Notes: generated from the sequence alone by a model not told the origin. Positions 9,978 through 20,110 are shown, numbered from the stretch's first letter. The stretch: 64,000 nt of DNA from an uncultured Nitrosopumilales archaeon (GCA_964544235.1 CAZIZY010000007.1:3043-67042); one strand, 5' to 3'. A program made the numbers and translations.

Positions 9978-11186
9978 TTATAATCCTAAATCACTGAATG
10001 TAAATAGTGATAATTCCTTAGACACTTTATTAATGTCAGCTATACGATGAGCTATAATGGTTTTTACATTTTGGTTAACTGCTGAATCAATTAATCTCTG
10101 AGTTATAATTCCATCAAATATGATGTGTTCAGATTCTTTATTTGATTCTATGACTTTAGCTAATTCATTCACTGGCACTCTTTTTATTTCTTTTAGCTCA
10201 TTATCTAATATGATTGCTTCCAGCGTTTCATTTATCTCTTCATAAATCTTTGGAATCTTTTTCTCTAAATCACCTAATTCTTTAGTCGGTGTTTTTCTTT
10301 TTATTGGCTCTGCTTTTTTTATTGGCTCTGTTCTTTTTATTGGCTCTGTTTTTGTTGATACTGTTTCCTTCTTCGCCTTTTCACTGAAAATGTTAGCTCT
10401 TTGAAGAATTTCTTGAATCTCTGAAGGTGTGAGATCTTCTACTTCTTTTCCAGTAGGAGCTCTTATTATTTCCTTTACTTTTCCTACTTGTTGAATTTCT
10501 TTAGAGATTAAATCTCCTGCTCGATCTCCATCTAAGAATGCTATGAATTCCTTTTCTTGAATTAATCGAATTACAGATTCAGGAATTTTAGTACCTTCAA
10601 CTGCAATTACATTTTCATATCCTGCTCTTAACAAATTAATTACATCAGCTCTACCTTCGACTAGTATAATCCAATCATCAACGAAAACTCCTGGACCTGC
10701 AGGTAAAGCTTCTTTACCAAAGTTAGTTATTCTAGCTCTTCTAACAGATTCAGAAACATCTTTAATTGATTCTTCACCTTCGCTAATAGATTTAGTAGCC
10801 CATGTGTTAGCTATTTGTTTAGCTCGATCTACTATCGATTTTCTTTTTATCGATCTAATGTCATCAATTTTATTTAATTTAAAGTGAGCTAAACAAGGAC
10901 CTACTTTTTCTACACTTTCTACAGCAGCTGCTATTAATGCAGCAGTAGACATATCTGTAGATAATGGAATTACTACATTTCCATCTGTTTTATCGTCTCT
11001 AGATGTTAAGTTAATTTCTATACGTCCAATCTTCCAGGTCTTTTGAAGTTCTTGGAGATTCATTTCAGGTCCAAAGAGACCTTCAGTTTGACCAAAGATT
11101 GCACCTACTACATCAGCTTTCTCTACTACACCCTGTATCTCGAACGATAAATTTAGATGATATTTTATTACACTTGTTTCTGGCAA
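9978..11186 (-). CDS. dnaG: Archaeal DnaG-type Toprim protein (primase-like, exosome-associated)
   Basis: IKYHLNLSFEIQGVVEKADVVGAIFGQTEGLFG N-terminal domain and the Toprim stretch ILVEGRADV..FLDGDRAGD. Confidence 0.9.
   Translation of the reverse strand: MPETSVIKYHLNLSFEIQGVVEKADVVGAIFGQTEGLFGPEMNLQELQKTWKIGRIEINLTSRDDKTDGNVVIPLSTDMSTAALIAAAVESVEKVGPCLAHFKLNKIDDIRSIKRKSIVDRAKQIANTWATKSISEGEESIKDVSESVRRARITNFGKEALPAGPGVFVDDWIILVEGRADVINLLRAGYENVIAVEGTKIPESVIRLIQEKEFIAFLDGDRAGDLISKEIQQVGKVKEIIRAPTGKEVEDLTPSEIQEILQRANIFSEKAKKETVSTKTEPIKRTEPIKKAEPIKRKTPTKELGDLEKKIPKIYEEINETLEAIILDNELKEIKRVPVNELAKVIESNKESEHIIFDGIITQRLIDSAVNQNVKTIIAHRIADINKVSKELSLFTFSDLGL
10296..10352 (-). repeat. Three in-frame 18-bp tandem repeats inside dnaG, encoding (T/A)EPIK(R/K)
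   Basis: The plus strand reads ..ttattggctctgc ttttt ttattggctctgt tcttt ttattggctctgt... The protein reads KTEPIKRTEPIKKAEPIKRK. Confidence 0.8.
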
Positions 11187-11285
11187 GTAAAAATCCTCCT
11201 ATTGAGTACGGTTTATTAATCATACCTATACATTTATGATTGTATTCGTCGTCCATATAAATGTTATATATTGATAATCATTTTG

Positions 11286-11714
11286 TTAAATGATTTCAAT
11301 AAAAATTTTTTGTAGATTCTCTATATTTCTAATTTTACCGTTTGTAATACGAATTAATTCTTTTCTTAAACTAATATCAATAAGTAAATGTTGCTCTTGA
11401 CCAATTTTAGATATTCTTTTTGTTAAATTATTACCCTCATTATCCGTGTCAAATAATAATATTAATTTATTGTATTTTCTTATTTTTGATAGAAGTTTAT
11501 TAATACTTCCACCGTGATTTAGTGGGTAAATATTTCCTATATATCCTAAGAAATATAATGCTTGGATGTCTTTAGGTCCTTCAACTACGATAAGTGCTCC
11601 TTTATTTGATTCTTCGTTAAGCTTATTGATGAAAATTCCCATTAACCTAAGCATTTCATAATTATCATTTCGTGAATTCAATTTATTAGACTTAATTAAT
11701 TGTTTATTTAGCAT
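11286..11714 (-). CDS. Small stand-alone Toprim-domain protein (UPF0292-like)
   Basis: 142 aa. ALIVVEGPKDIQAL (Toprim Glu) and LLFDTDNEGN (DxD). Confidence 0.6.
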   Translation of the reverse strand: MLNKQLIKSNKLNSRNDNYEMLRLMGIFINKLNEESNKGALIVVEGPKDIQALYFLGYIGNIYPLNHGGSINKLLSKIRKYNKLILLFDTDNEGNNLTKRISKIGQEQHLLIDISLRKELIRITNGKIRNIENLQKIFIEII

Positions 11715-11836
11715 AAAATTATTCCGATAATGTTATTATTTAATTCAGATTTTTTTTTTAAAAATACAATCAAATTTCTTATTTGATTATTATAACGAAA
11801 TATTAAACAATTAGATTTTTAATTAAACTAATTACT

Positions 11837-12382
11837 TTGAGTGATTCAAAAATAGAAATGTCTCCATCTGATTATCAGCGTTTATTAACCTTCTTCAAAT
11901 TGTCTGGAGAGTTAAAAAAACAAATTAGAACTGGATGGTTAGTAAAAGCAAAAATAGATCAACCTGAGAGTGTCGCTGATCATGTGTTCAGAACAGCATT
12001 GATTGCAATGATTATTGGCCCTCTTAAAAAACTGGATTTATGTAAGTTACTTGAAATGGCTATTTTACATGATCTAGATGAAGTAATTACTGGTGATTTA
12101 CTTCCTGAAGAAAAAAATAACGATAATTCAAATTTATTTAATGATAATCTTCTCACTTTCCTTCCCAGCTTTCTTGAACAACGATACTCAGAATTATATC
12201 ACGAAATTAAAAATGAAACCTCTCCTGAATCTAAATTATTAAAACAAATTGATCGTTTTGAAATGGCTCTTCAGGCTAAAGAATATTCTGAATTCTCTAA
12301 TAATGATCCATCTCTTATTGAACTCTATGATTCTGTTAAAAAAGAGATTAATGACGAATTGTTAATTGAATTACTTAAATAA
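11837..12382 (+). CDS. HD-domain phosphohydrolase (YfbR-like 5'-nucleotidase family)
   Basis: ESVADHVFRTA...LHDLDEVITGD gives the H..HD..D metal ligands. TTG start. Confidence 0.7.
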   Translation: MSDSKIEMSPSDYQRLLTFFKLSGELKKQIRTGWLVKAKIDQPESVADHVFRTALIAMIIGPLKKLDLCKLLEMAILHDLDEVITGDLLPEEKNNDNSNLFNDNLLTFLPSFLEQRYSELYHEIKNETSPESKLLKQIDRFEMALQAKEYSEFSNNDPSLIELYDSVKKEINDELLIELLK

Positions 12383-12386
12383 CGTC

Positions 12387-13823
12387 TCATTCCCATTTTG
12401 TGTGAAATATTCCAGATTTGTCTACTCTTTTGTAACCATGAGCTCCAAATAAATCCCTTAAAGCTTGTATAATATTTGCAGGTAATCTTTCTCTTCTATA
12501 TGAATCATAATAATCTAAAGCTGATGATAAAGCAGGACAAGCTATTCTTAATTTCTTAATCCTATAAATTCCATTTCTCCAATTATCTTCTAGTTCGATT
12601 AAGCTTGAGCTAAATGAATCATTTATAATTAAATTATTATATTCTTGTTTATCTTCATAATATTGTTGTATTTTATCTAATACTTTTGCTCTTATTATGC
12701 ATCCTCCTTTCCATATTCTAGCAACCTCGCTTAAATCTATATTATATTCATATTCTTCCGAAGCTTTTCTTATTAATTCAAATCCTTGTGTGAAAGAAAT
12801 TATTGTAGTACAATAAAGAGAGTCTCTAAGTAACTTAACTATTTCATCATTGTTATCATTATCTTCTTTCTTTATTCTCTTTTTTGCTTCTAAACTCGAG
12901 GATATTATTAATCTTTCATCTTTTAATGAAGATATATTTCTTGAACTGATTGATGTATCTATAGTTGGAATTGGAACTCCTAATTCTAATGCGCTTTGAG
13001 ATGTCCACCTTCCAGTTCCTTTTTGTTCAGCCTTATCTATTATCATATTCAATAATGGCTCATTTGTTTCATCATCAATTTTGTTACATACTGTAGCTGC
13101 GATTTCTACTAAATATGAACTTAATTCATTATTATTCCATTCATTGAAGACATTACCTATCTTATCTGTATCCATCTTTATTCCATTTGCTAAAACATCA
13201 TAAACTTCTGATATAGCTTGAAGTAATGCATATTCAATTCCATTATGAACCATTTTGATAAAATGTCCTGATCCTCCTTTTCCAAAATACGAGCAGGAAA
13301 TTCCGTGCTCTCCATTAATTGAAACCTTGTTTAAAATTGGAGAAACTATTTCGTATCCTTCCTTAGACCCACCTGCCATTATGCATGGTCCTTTTAATGC
13401 CCCTTCTTCTCCGCCACTTATTCCTAATCCTAAATAATTTATTTCGCCATTCTTATTATTCTTATTGTAATTTGAAATTTCTTTAATTCTTTTCTCAGTA
13501 TCTTTATAAAATGAATTTCCTCCATCCATTAATAAATCTCCTTTAGATAATTTTGTTTGAAGTTGTGAAATTGTCTGATCCGTCGCATTTCCAGATGTAA
13601 CCATGATTAAAATCTTACGTGGAACTTTTAGTGATTCTATAAATTCATCTATCGAATATGTTGGATAAATTGAAGATTCTCCTTCAATACTCTTTATGAA
13701 TTCGTTTGTTCTTGTTGATGTTCTATTGTATACTGCAATATTGAATCCTTTATTTGAAATATTTATAGCTAAACTTTTACCCATCACTCCTAGTCCAATT
13801 AATCCTATATCGCATTTATTCAT
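12387..13823 (-). CDS. gnd: 6-phosphogluconate dehydrogenase, decarboxylating
   Basis: 478 aa. IGLIGLGVMGKSLAINISNKGFNIAVYNRT, GGSGHFIKMVHNGIEYA and the C-terminal RDLFGAHGYKR. Confidence 0.9.
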   Translation of the reverse strand: MNKCDIGLIGLGVMGKSLAINISNKGFNIAVYNRTSTRTNEFIKSIEGESSIYPTYSIDEFIESLKVPRKILIMVTSGNATDQTISQLQTKLSKGDLLMDGGNSFYKDTEKRIKEISNYNKNNKNGEINYLGLGISGGEEGALKGPCIMAGGSKEGYEIVSPILNKVSINGEHGISCSYFGKGGSGHFIKMVHNGIEYALLQAISEVYDVLANGIKMDTDKIGNVFNEWNNNELSSYLVEIAATVCNKIDDETNEPLLNMIIDKAEQKGTGRWTSQSALELGVPIPTIDTSISSRNISSLKDERLIISSSLEAKKRIKKEDNDNNDEIVKLLRDSLYCTTIISFTQGFELIRKASEEYEYNIDLSEVARIWKGGCIIRAKVLDKIQQYYEDKQEYNNLIINDSFSSSLIELEDNWRNGIYRIKKLRIACPALSSALDYYDSYRRERLPANIIQALRDLFGAHGYKRVDKSGIFHTKWE

Positions 13824-13829
13824 ATTTTA

Positions 13830-14486
13830 TTAAATCTCCGCAAAAACAGTACAAGGAGAACTATCTACTCCATTTATAAATATTGGAATGGCGAAAATTC
13901 TTTTAATGTTAGCTACATAATTTGATAAATTCATATCCTCGATTATGAAAAAATCTCTTTTTTTTAATAAAATACCATGAGCTTTTCTCCCTTCATCTCG
14001 ATTACTTGCAGATGATACTGAAATTATATCTAATCCTATAGCCTTTAATTTAGGAAATTTATCTACAATATATTTTGCTCCCTCTGATGATAATCCTGGA
14101 TTAACTTTTGAGTATCTTTCTGGTTCTAATTCTCTATATCTCTGAAATTTAGTTCGTATTAATAATATCTCTACTTTGTTAATATCTTTTTCAAATTTTT
14201 CTAGGTCTCTTGCTTCAATTAATTCTGAATCTTTTTTTGGTATATCTACTAGTAATTCACTAGTGAAAATAAAATCATCTAGTTTATATTTCGATACTGT
14301 TTTCCCATTTTCATCAAAATGATTTGGGCAATCTATATGTGTTCCTAAATGATTTGAAAAATGTAGGTTATAGCTATTACTGCTACCTCCCATCTTTATC
14401 TCTTTTATTGGGGATATCGTTAATGAAGGGCCTCCAGCAAATCCTGGTGTCTCTTTTGTTAAAACATGTGAAAGATTAACTAACAT
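13830..14486 (-). CDS. Cyclase-family metal-dependent hydrolase (kynurenine formamidase-like fold)
   Basis: 218 aa carrying the family signature HLGTHIDCPNH (HxGTHxDxPxH). Confidence 0.75.
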   Translation of the reverse strand: MLVNLSHVLTKETPGFAGGPSLTISPIKEIKMGGSSNSYNLHFSNHLGTHIDCPNHFDENGKTVSKYKLDDFIFTSELLVDIPKKDSELIEARDLEKFEKDINKVEILLIRTKFQRYRELEPERYSKVNPGLSSEGAKYIVDKFPKLKAIGLDIISVSSASNRDEGRKAHGILLKKRDFFIIEDMNLSNYVANIKRIFAIPIFINGVDSSPCTVFAEI

Positions 14487-14608
14487 TCACTTTCTTTGTT
14501 TTATTATTCCATATTTGAATTTTTATGATATTTTTATCGAGTAAACACTTTTTTTAATCGAACTGTTTAAAACCTAATTATTTTATCTCTCATTATACGT
14601 GTATCTAT

Positions 14609-15643
14609 ATGTCTAATCTACAAGTTGGATACTGGGTAGGTCAAGAGCAATATGATCCGAATACCCTTCTAGACTTTGCTCGTCATGCTGAAATTGTAGG
14701 TTTTGATATAATTTGTTCTAGTGATCACTTTCATCCTTGGAGAGATTCTAATGCGCACTCAGGTTTTCCTTGGGTATGGTTATCTGTTTTAGCTTCTCAA
14801 ACTACTAATACTGAAGTTGGAACTGCAGTAACTACTCCACTCTTACGTTATCACCCTGCAATTGTAGCTCAAGCTTTTGCTACATTAGACTATATGTTTC
14901 CTGGAAGAGTCTTTATTACTATTGGAACAGGCCATAAAATGAATGAAACTCCATTAGGATTTGAATGGCCAGGATTTAAAGAAAAAATCAAAAGACTTGA
15001 AGAAGCAATTACAATTATAAAACAACTATGGTCTGGTGAATTCGTTAATTTTAAAGGTGAATTTTATACACTTAACGACGCGAAATTATATACGATCCCT
15101 AAAAAGAAAATTCCTATCCATGTTGCTACTGCAAATACTAGGGTTGCAAAACTTGCTGGAGAATTTTGTGATGGCGTTTTAACTAATCCTCGAGGGTTAG
15201 AAAATCATGTCAAAATCTTAGATGCAGCTAGAAACGCCGCTTCTGATTCTGGGAAAGATCCTTCTACTATTAGTACTTGTATGGAATTCAAAGTTTCTTA
15301 TGATGTTGATTATGATAAGGCATTATCTTCCGCTGTATATTGGGCTCCAACTGCTATTCCTAGAGAAGTTCGAGAACATATATCTGATCCAAGAGATTTT
15401 GAATCTAATGTAGGTGAAAAAGAAGTCGAAAAGATCGAGAAATCTTGGTTGATTACAACAAACTCAGAAGCAATTATAAAGAAACTTGAAAGTTTAATGA
15501 AATCAGGCTATAATAGAGTTTACATTCATAGTGCTAGTCCGCATGAAAAGAAATTCTTAGATTTACTTGGTAGAGATATTCTTCCTTGGATGAGAGAATA
15601 TTATGATACTCTTGTTAATCCTATTACTTTAGTTTCAGATTAA
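14609..15643 (+). CDS. Luciferase-like (LLM) F420-dependent oxidoreductase, closest in pattern to F420-dependent glucose-6-phosphate dehydrogenase (FGD)
   Basis: 344 aa. SSDHFHPWR, RYHPAIVAQAFATLDYMFPGRVFITIGTG and LWSGEFVNFKGEFY run collinear with my recollection of actinobacterial FGD1 (SDHFQPWR, RYNPAVIAQAFATM..GVGTGE). Confidence 0.7.
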   Translation: MSNLQVGYWVGQEQYDPNTLLDFARHAEIVGFDIICSSDHFHPWRDSNAHSGFPWVWLSVLASQTTNTEVGTAVTTPLLRYHPAIVAQAFATLDYMFPGRVFITIGTGHKMNETPLGFEWPGFKEKIKRLEEAITIIKQLWSGEFVNFKGEFYTLNDAKLYTIPKKKIPIHVATANTRVAKLAGEFCDGVLTNPRGLENHVKILDAARNAASDSGKDPSTISTCMEFKVSYDVDYDKALSSAVYWAPTAIPREVREHISDPRDFESNVGEKEVEKIEKSWLITTNSEAIIKKLESLMKSGYNRVYIHSASPHEKKFLDLLGRDILPWMREYYDTLVNPITLVSD

Positions 15644-15661
15644 TCTGATCTTGATGTTCTT

Positions 15662-16237
15662 TTATTGATTATTAATTACGCCTAATAGTTTCTCGTATTC
15701 CTTTCTTGTTATATTTTTGTCTTGAAAACTATTTTTAATATTACGCATTACTGAACTTCTTAATTCAAGAAGTTGAGTCCTCTTTTGATCTAATTTAGTT
15801 ATTTGTTCATCAATATCTAAAACTAATTCCATTTGATTGTTAACTGAATTATTATTCTTATCGTTAATTTCTTTTATTTGTGATTCAAATTCTTTATCGT
15901 TTTTTTCTTTTAATTTATCTTCGTAAGAAATAAACCTTGTAATGTAAAATTCAGGAGAAAAATCTATTGTAAGAGAAACGTTCTTACTTACTGAATACAT
16001 TCTTCTATCTGGTCCAATTGGACTTGATTCTTTTTGAGCTTTTACTACTGAAGCTTCTTCTAATACTTTAAGATGTTTTGAAATTAATTGTTGTTGTAAC
16101 CCGAGACTTGTTGATAACTCTAAAGGATATCCTTGAGTTTGACTTAATCTTTGAATGATTCTTCTTCGAACAGGATTACCTAATACATTTAGACAATCAT
16201 CTAATCCATATCTTTGATATGACATTAGACTTATCAT
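15662..16237 (-). CDS. ArsR-type winged-HTH transcriptional regulator with a C-terminal coiled coil
   Basis: LGNPVRRRIIQRLSQTQGYPLELSTSLGLQQQLISKHLKVLEEASVV, followed by about 80 aa of charged heptad-like sequence. Confidence 0.65.
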   Translation of the reverse strand: MISLMSYQRYGLDDCLNVLGNPVRRRIIQRLSQTQGYPLELSTSLGLQQQLISKHLKVLEEASVVKAQKESSPIGPDRRMYSVSKNVSLTIDFSPEFYITRFISYEDKLKEKNDKEFESQIKEINDKNNNSVNNQMELVLDIDEQITKLDQKRTQLLELRSSVMRNIKNSFQDKNITRKEYEKLLGVINNQ

Positions 16238-16303
16238 TTACTTCATAACGCTTAAATAGTTTACTACCGGAAGTTGTATACTATTAGGAGATTATGCTTA
16301 AAA

Positions 16304-17986
16304 ATGTCTCAATTTAACCCTGGTTCACAACCTATAATTCTTTTAAAAGAAGGTAGTAGTCAATCTTCTGGAAAAGATGCCCAAAAAAATAATATAATGG
16401 CTGCAAAATTAATTGCTGAAATCGTTAAATCATCTTTAGGACCTCGAGGAATGGATAAAATGCTTGTTGATTCCATGGGTGATGTTACTATTACTAATGA
16501 TGGTGCAACTATGCTTAAAGAAATAGATGTACAACATCCTGCTGCTAAAATGCTTGTCGAAGTTTCTAAAACTACTGATAGTGAAGTTGGTGATGGAACA
16601 ACTTCTGCAGTAATTCTTTCTGGTATGTTACTTGAAAAAGCTGAAGAACTAATTGATAAAGACGTTCATCCTACTGTAATTGTTAATGGATACAAAAGAG
16701 CATCTGTACAAGCTTTAGAGGCTCTTAAGAAAATATCTGAAAAGATTCCTGATGGAGATCGAAAATGGTTAATTAAAGTAGCTCATACAAGTATGCAAAG
16801 TAAACTTATTGCTAGAGCTGCTTCTGATCTTGCTCCTATAGTAGTTGATTCTGTTTTGGCAGTAGCTGAGAAATCAAATAAACAATATACTGTTGATATT
16901 GATAATATTAAGATTGAAAAAAAGCCTGGCGGATCTATAACTGATACTAAAATGGTTTCGGGTATTGTTTTAGATAAAGAAGTTACTCATTCTGGAATGC
17001 CTACTAAAGTCAGTAATGCTAAATTAGCTTTAGTGAGTGCTCCTATTGAAATCGAAAAACCTGAGTTTGACGCTAAATTAAATATAAATGATCCTACTAT
17101 GATGAAGAAATTCCTTGATGAGGAAAATGACCTTCTTAAAAACATGGTTGATTCAATTAAATCTGTTGGCGCTAATGTTTTAATCTGTCAAAAGGGAATT
17201 GATGATGTTGCTCAACATTATCTTGCTAAATATGGAATTCTAGCAGTACGTCGTGCAAAAGAAAGTGATATGACTAAACTTGCTAAAGCTACTGGAGGAA
17301 GAATAATTAACAATCTTGATGATCTTTCTAAAAAAGATCTAGGTCAAGCTAAAATCGTAGAAGAGCGTAAAGTGGAAGAAGATAAATGGGTATTTATCGA
17401 AGGATGCAAAGATCCTAAAGCTGTTACTATCTTAGTTAGAGGAGGACAACAACGGGTAGTTGATGAAGTTGAACGATCAATGAATGATTCTTTAATGGTC
17501 ACTAAAGATGTTCTTGAAAAACCTTCAATAGTTGCTGGTGGTGGTGCATCTGAAACTGAAGCTGCTCAACATGTATTCAAATGGGCTGAAAAACTTAGTG
17601 GAAGAGAACAACTAGCTGCGCAAAAATTTGCTGAAGCTTTAGAATCTATAGCTGTTACTTTAGCTTCTAACGCCGGTTTAGATCCTATTGATGCACAAGT
17701 TGAATTACGATCTAAACATTCTGGTGGAGCTAAAGGTAAATGGTTTGGCGTAGACATCCATGAAAGTAAGATACGTGATATGTATCAAAATGACGTATTT
17801 GAACCAGTTGTAGTTAAAGAACAGATTATTAAAGCTGCTACAGAGGCTACATCTATGATTCTACGTGTCGATGATGTTATAGCTACTGGAAAATCTAGTG
17901 CTCCTCCTATGCCACCTGGCGGTATGGGCGGTATGGGCGGTATGGGCGGCATGGGCGGCATGGGCGGAATGCCTATGGGAATGTAA
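16304..17986 (+). CDS. ths: Thermosome subunit (group II chaperonin)
   Basis: [31 protein letters not shown] and VAGGGASE. I prefer the ATG at 16304 ([17 protein letters not shown]) over the TTG at 16274. Confidence 0.95.
   Translation: MSQFNPGSQPIILLKEGSSQSSGKDAQKNNIMAAKLIAEIVKSSLGPRGMDKMLVDSMGDVTITNDGATMLKEIDVQHPAAKMLVEVSKTTDSEVGDGTTSAVILSGMLLEKAEELIDKDVHPTVIVNGYKRASVQALEALKKISEKIPDGDRKWLIKVAHTSMQSKLIARAASDLAPIVVDSVLAVAEKSNKQYTVDIDNIKIEKKPGGSITDTKMVSGIVLDKEVTHSGMPTKVSNAKLALVSAPIEIEKPEFDAKLNINDPTMMKKFLDEENDLLKNMVDSIKSVGANVLICQKGIDDVAQHYLAKYGILAVRRAKESDMTKLAKATGGRIINNLDDLSKKDLGQAKIVEERKVEEDKWVFIEGCKDPKAVTILVRGGQQRVVDEVERSMNDSLMVTKDVLEKPSIVAGGGASETEAAQHVFKWAEKLSGREQLAAQKFAEALESIAVTLASNAGLDPIDAQVELRSKHSGGAKGKWFGVDIHESKIRDMYQNDVFEPVVVKEQIIKAATEATSMILRVDDVIATGKSSAPPMPPGGMGGMGGMGGMGGMGGMPMGM
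17918..17971 (+). repeat. Six 9-bp tandem units (ggc ggy atg) encoding the (GGM)n chaperonin C-terminal tail
   Basis: The sequence ggcggtatg is repeated and the protein ends [23 protein letters not shown]. Confidence 0.9.
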
Positions 17987-18083
17987 TTTTAATAACTACA
18001 TTTAATTTACTTGTAAAAGATTATTCATCTGAGCTATCAAAAGCAAAATAGGTTTATAATCTATAATTCTAAAATGTGATCTA

Positions 18084-18923
18084 ATGCCGAAATTTGGAGC
18101 TCATGTTTCCATAGCTGGGGGTATTGATCAATCTGTTGATCGAGCTAAAGAACGGAATTGTGATACTTTTCAAATATTTACAAGAAATCCTAGAGGGTGG
18201 GCTTCAAAAGAACTAATTGATTCTGAAATTAGTAGTTTTATTCAGAAAGTTAAAGATTATCATATGTCTCCTACTGTTGTACATATGCCTTATCTCCCAA
18301 ATCTTTCTTCTCCTGATGATTTAATATACGAAAAATCTGTTTCAACTTTCTTTGATGATTTTAAACGATGTGATGTTCTTCAAATTGATTATCTAGTTAT
18401 TCATTTAGGTAGTCACATGGGTTCTGGAAAAGAAAACGGGTTGAAAAAACTTGTTGGGGCTTTTAATACTATTTTGAATTCCTCATCTAAGACTGTGAAA
18501 TTACTTTTAGAAATTACTGCAGGACAAAAGAATAGTATGGGTTCATCTTTTGAAGATCTTGATTTAATTCTTAAGGAATTGAATAATGATCAAGTTGGAG
18601 TATGTTTTGACACTTGTCATGCATTTGCAGCAGGATATGACTTAAGAACATATGATGATGTTGATGATGTAGTTAAGAAATTTGATGAAATTATTGGCCT
18701 TAACAAACTTAAGTTGTTGCATCTAAATGATTCTAGAGGCGATCTTAATTCTGGATCTGATAGACATGAACACATTGGGCTTGGAAAAATCGGTGATGGT
18801 GGTTTCCGATCAATAACTACTCATGAATATCTTAAAAATATTCCTGGAATCCTTGAAACTCCTGTAGATGATCGACGAGATGATTTGGGTAACCTTTCTA
18901 AAATAAGGTCTCTTTCTGAATAA
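18084..18923 (+). CDS. nfo: Endonuclease IV (AP endonuclease, Nfo)
   Basis: FGAHVSIAGG, FQIFTRNPRGW, HLGSH, CFDTCHAFAAGYD and HLNDS. Confidence 0.9.
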   Translation: MPKFGAHVSIAGGIDQSVDRAKERNCDTFQIFTRNPRGWASKELIDSEISSFIQKVKDYHMSPTVVHMPYLPNLSSPDDLIYEKSVSTFFDDFKRCDVLQIDYLVIHLGSHMGSGKENGLKKLVGAFNTILNSSSKTVKLLLEITAGQKNSMGSSFEDLDLILKELNNDQVGVCFDTCHAFAAGYDLRTYDDVDDVVKKFDEIIGLNKLKLLHLNDSRGDLNSGSDRHEHIGLGKIGDGGFRSITTHEYLKNIPGILETPVDDRRDDLGNLSKIRSLSE

Positions 18924-18966
18924 TTCAAAAATTTAATTTTATCCTAATTATTTTATTATTTAATTT

Positions 18967-19070
18967 GCGGGGGTTGCCAAGCTTGGTCAACGGCGCGAGG
19001 TTCAGAAATAACTCATTATTGAGACTCCTCGTCCTTTAGTGGTTCGTGGGTTCAAATCCCACCCTCCGCA
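18967..19070 (+). tRNA. tRNA-Leu(CAG), class II, with a 19-nt canonical 37/38 intron (19007-19025)
   Basis: Acceptor GCGGGGG/CCUCCGC, anticodon stem CGAGG/CCUCG and loop UUCAGA|..|U. The BHB central helix is UUCA/UGAG with 3-nt bulges. T arm GUGGG-UUCAAAU-CCCAC, with a long variable arm. Confidence 0.9.
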
Positions 19071-19108
19071 TTTAGTATTTTTATTATGTTATGATGATTA
19101 TTTTAATT

Positions 19109-20110
19109 TCAATCTAAACTTCTTTTTGGATTTTTTAATATTACTTTTTCTGCAGTAATATTTAGAACCATTTCAGCTACATCACTTGAATATTCTGCGA
19201 TTCTTTGTATGTCTTCTAATATTAAGCTTATTACCTGAACTTTATCTAGCTCCTTTATTTTAACTTCATCAAGAATATTTTGCTTTATTTCTTCAATTGA
19301 TTTGGCTTTATCTACTATTGAGTCAGCATTTTTATATTGACGCTTATAAAGCGATAAAGCTGATTCTTCAACTAATTTTATTGCAAATTCATTCATTTTA
19401 TTAATTTCTTCTAGTATTTCTTTATTTAATGGCTTTTGAATAAGGAGAACTCCTTTAGCTATTCTACTTGAATGATCAGCTATTCTTTCAATGCTTTTAA
19501 CTATTAATCTATACGCTAAACAGTCAATGGTTTTTTCTAATCCTATTTCTTTTAGTATTTGTTTATTTTCGATAGCCATTTTTAATTGTCTTATTATGTA
19601 GAGACTAAATCTATCTACTTCATCATCAGATTTGATTACTCCTTTGGCTGCGTCTTTATCTAATTTATTTAGTGATTCAATAGAATCTTTTTGCATTGAA
19701 TTAGCTATTAAAAACATTCTTTTGATCGCGTTTTCTACGTTTAATTCGGTAAAACTAATTAATACTTGAATTGTAATCATATCTAAAGAATCTGATATAA
19801 CTTCTGCTCCAATTAAGCTACCTCTAACTATGATCTTGATTGTGTCTCGTTGCTTTGAACTTAATTTACCTTCTTTTGCTTTGATATTGATTATATTATA
19901 TCCTAATACATATGTTGAAATTAATTTTCTAACTATATTACCATCATTATCTGTTAGTGATGTTTCAATTGTAGCTTCTTCTTTTTTATTATTCTTATTC
20001 TTTTTTAAAGGACTTATATTTAGTGCAGATTCTTCATTAATTTTAACTGTTACCTCATCTCCTGAACTCAGTTCCATTTCTTTAACCCATTTTTTTGGTA
20101 AAGCTAGCAT
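19109..20110 (-). CDS. Archaeal PhoU-type phosphate regulator with an N-terminal SpoVT/AbrB DNA-binding domain
   Basis: LALPKKWVKEMELSSGDEVTV (AbrB swapped hairpin), followed by two PhoU repeats (ERIADHSSRIA, QRIAEYSSDVA). Confidence 0.8.
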   Translation of the reverse strand: MLALPKKWVKEMELSSGDEVTVKINEESALNISPLKKNKNNKKEEATIETSLTDNDGNIVRKLISTYVLGYNIINIKAKEGKLSSKQRDTIKIIVRGSLIGAEVISDSLDMITIQVLISFTELNVENAIKRMFLIANSMQKDSIESLNKLDKDAAKGVIKSDDEVDRFSLYIIRQLKMAIENKQILKEIGLEKTIDCLAYRLIVKSIERIADHSSRIAKGVLLIQKPLNKEILEEINKMNEFAIKLVEESALSLYKRQYKNADSIVDKAKSIEEIKQNILDEVKIKELDKVQVISLILEDIQRIAEYSSDVAEMVLNITAEKVILKNPKRSLD

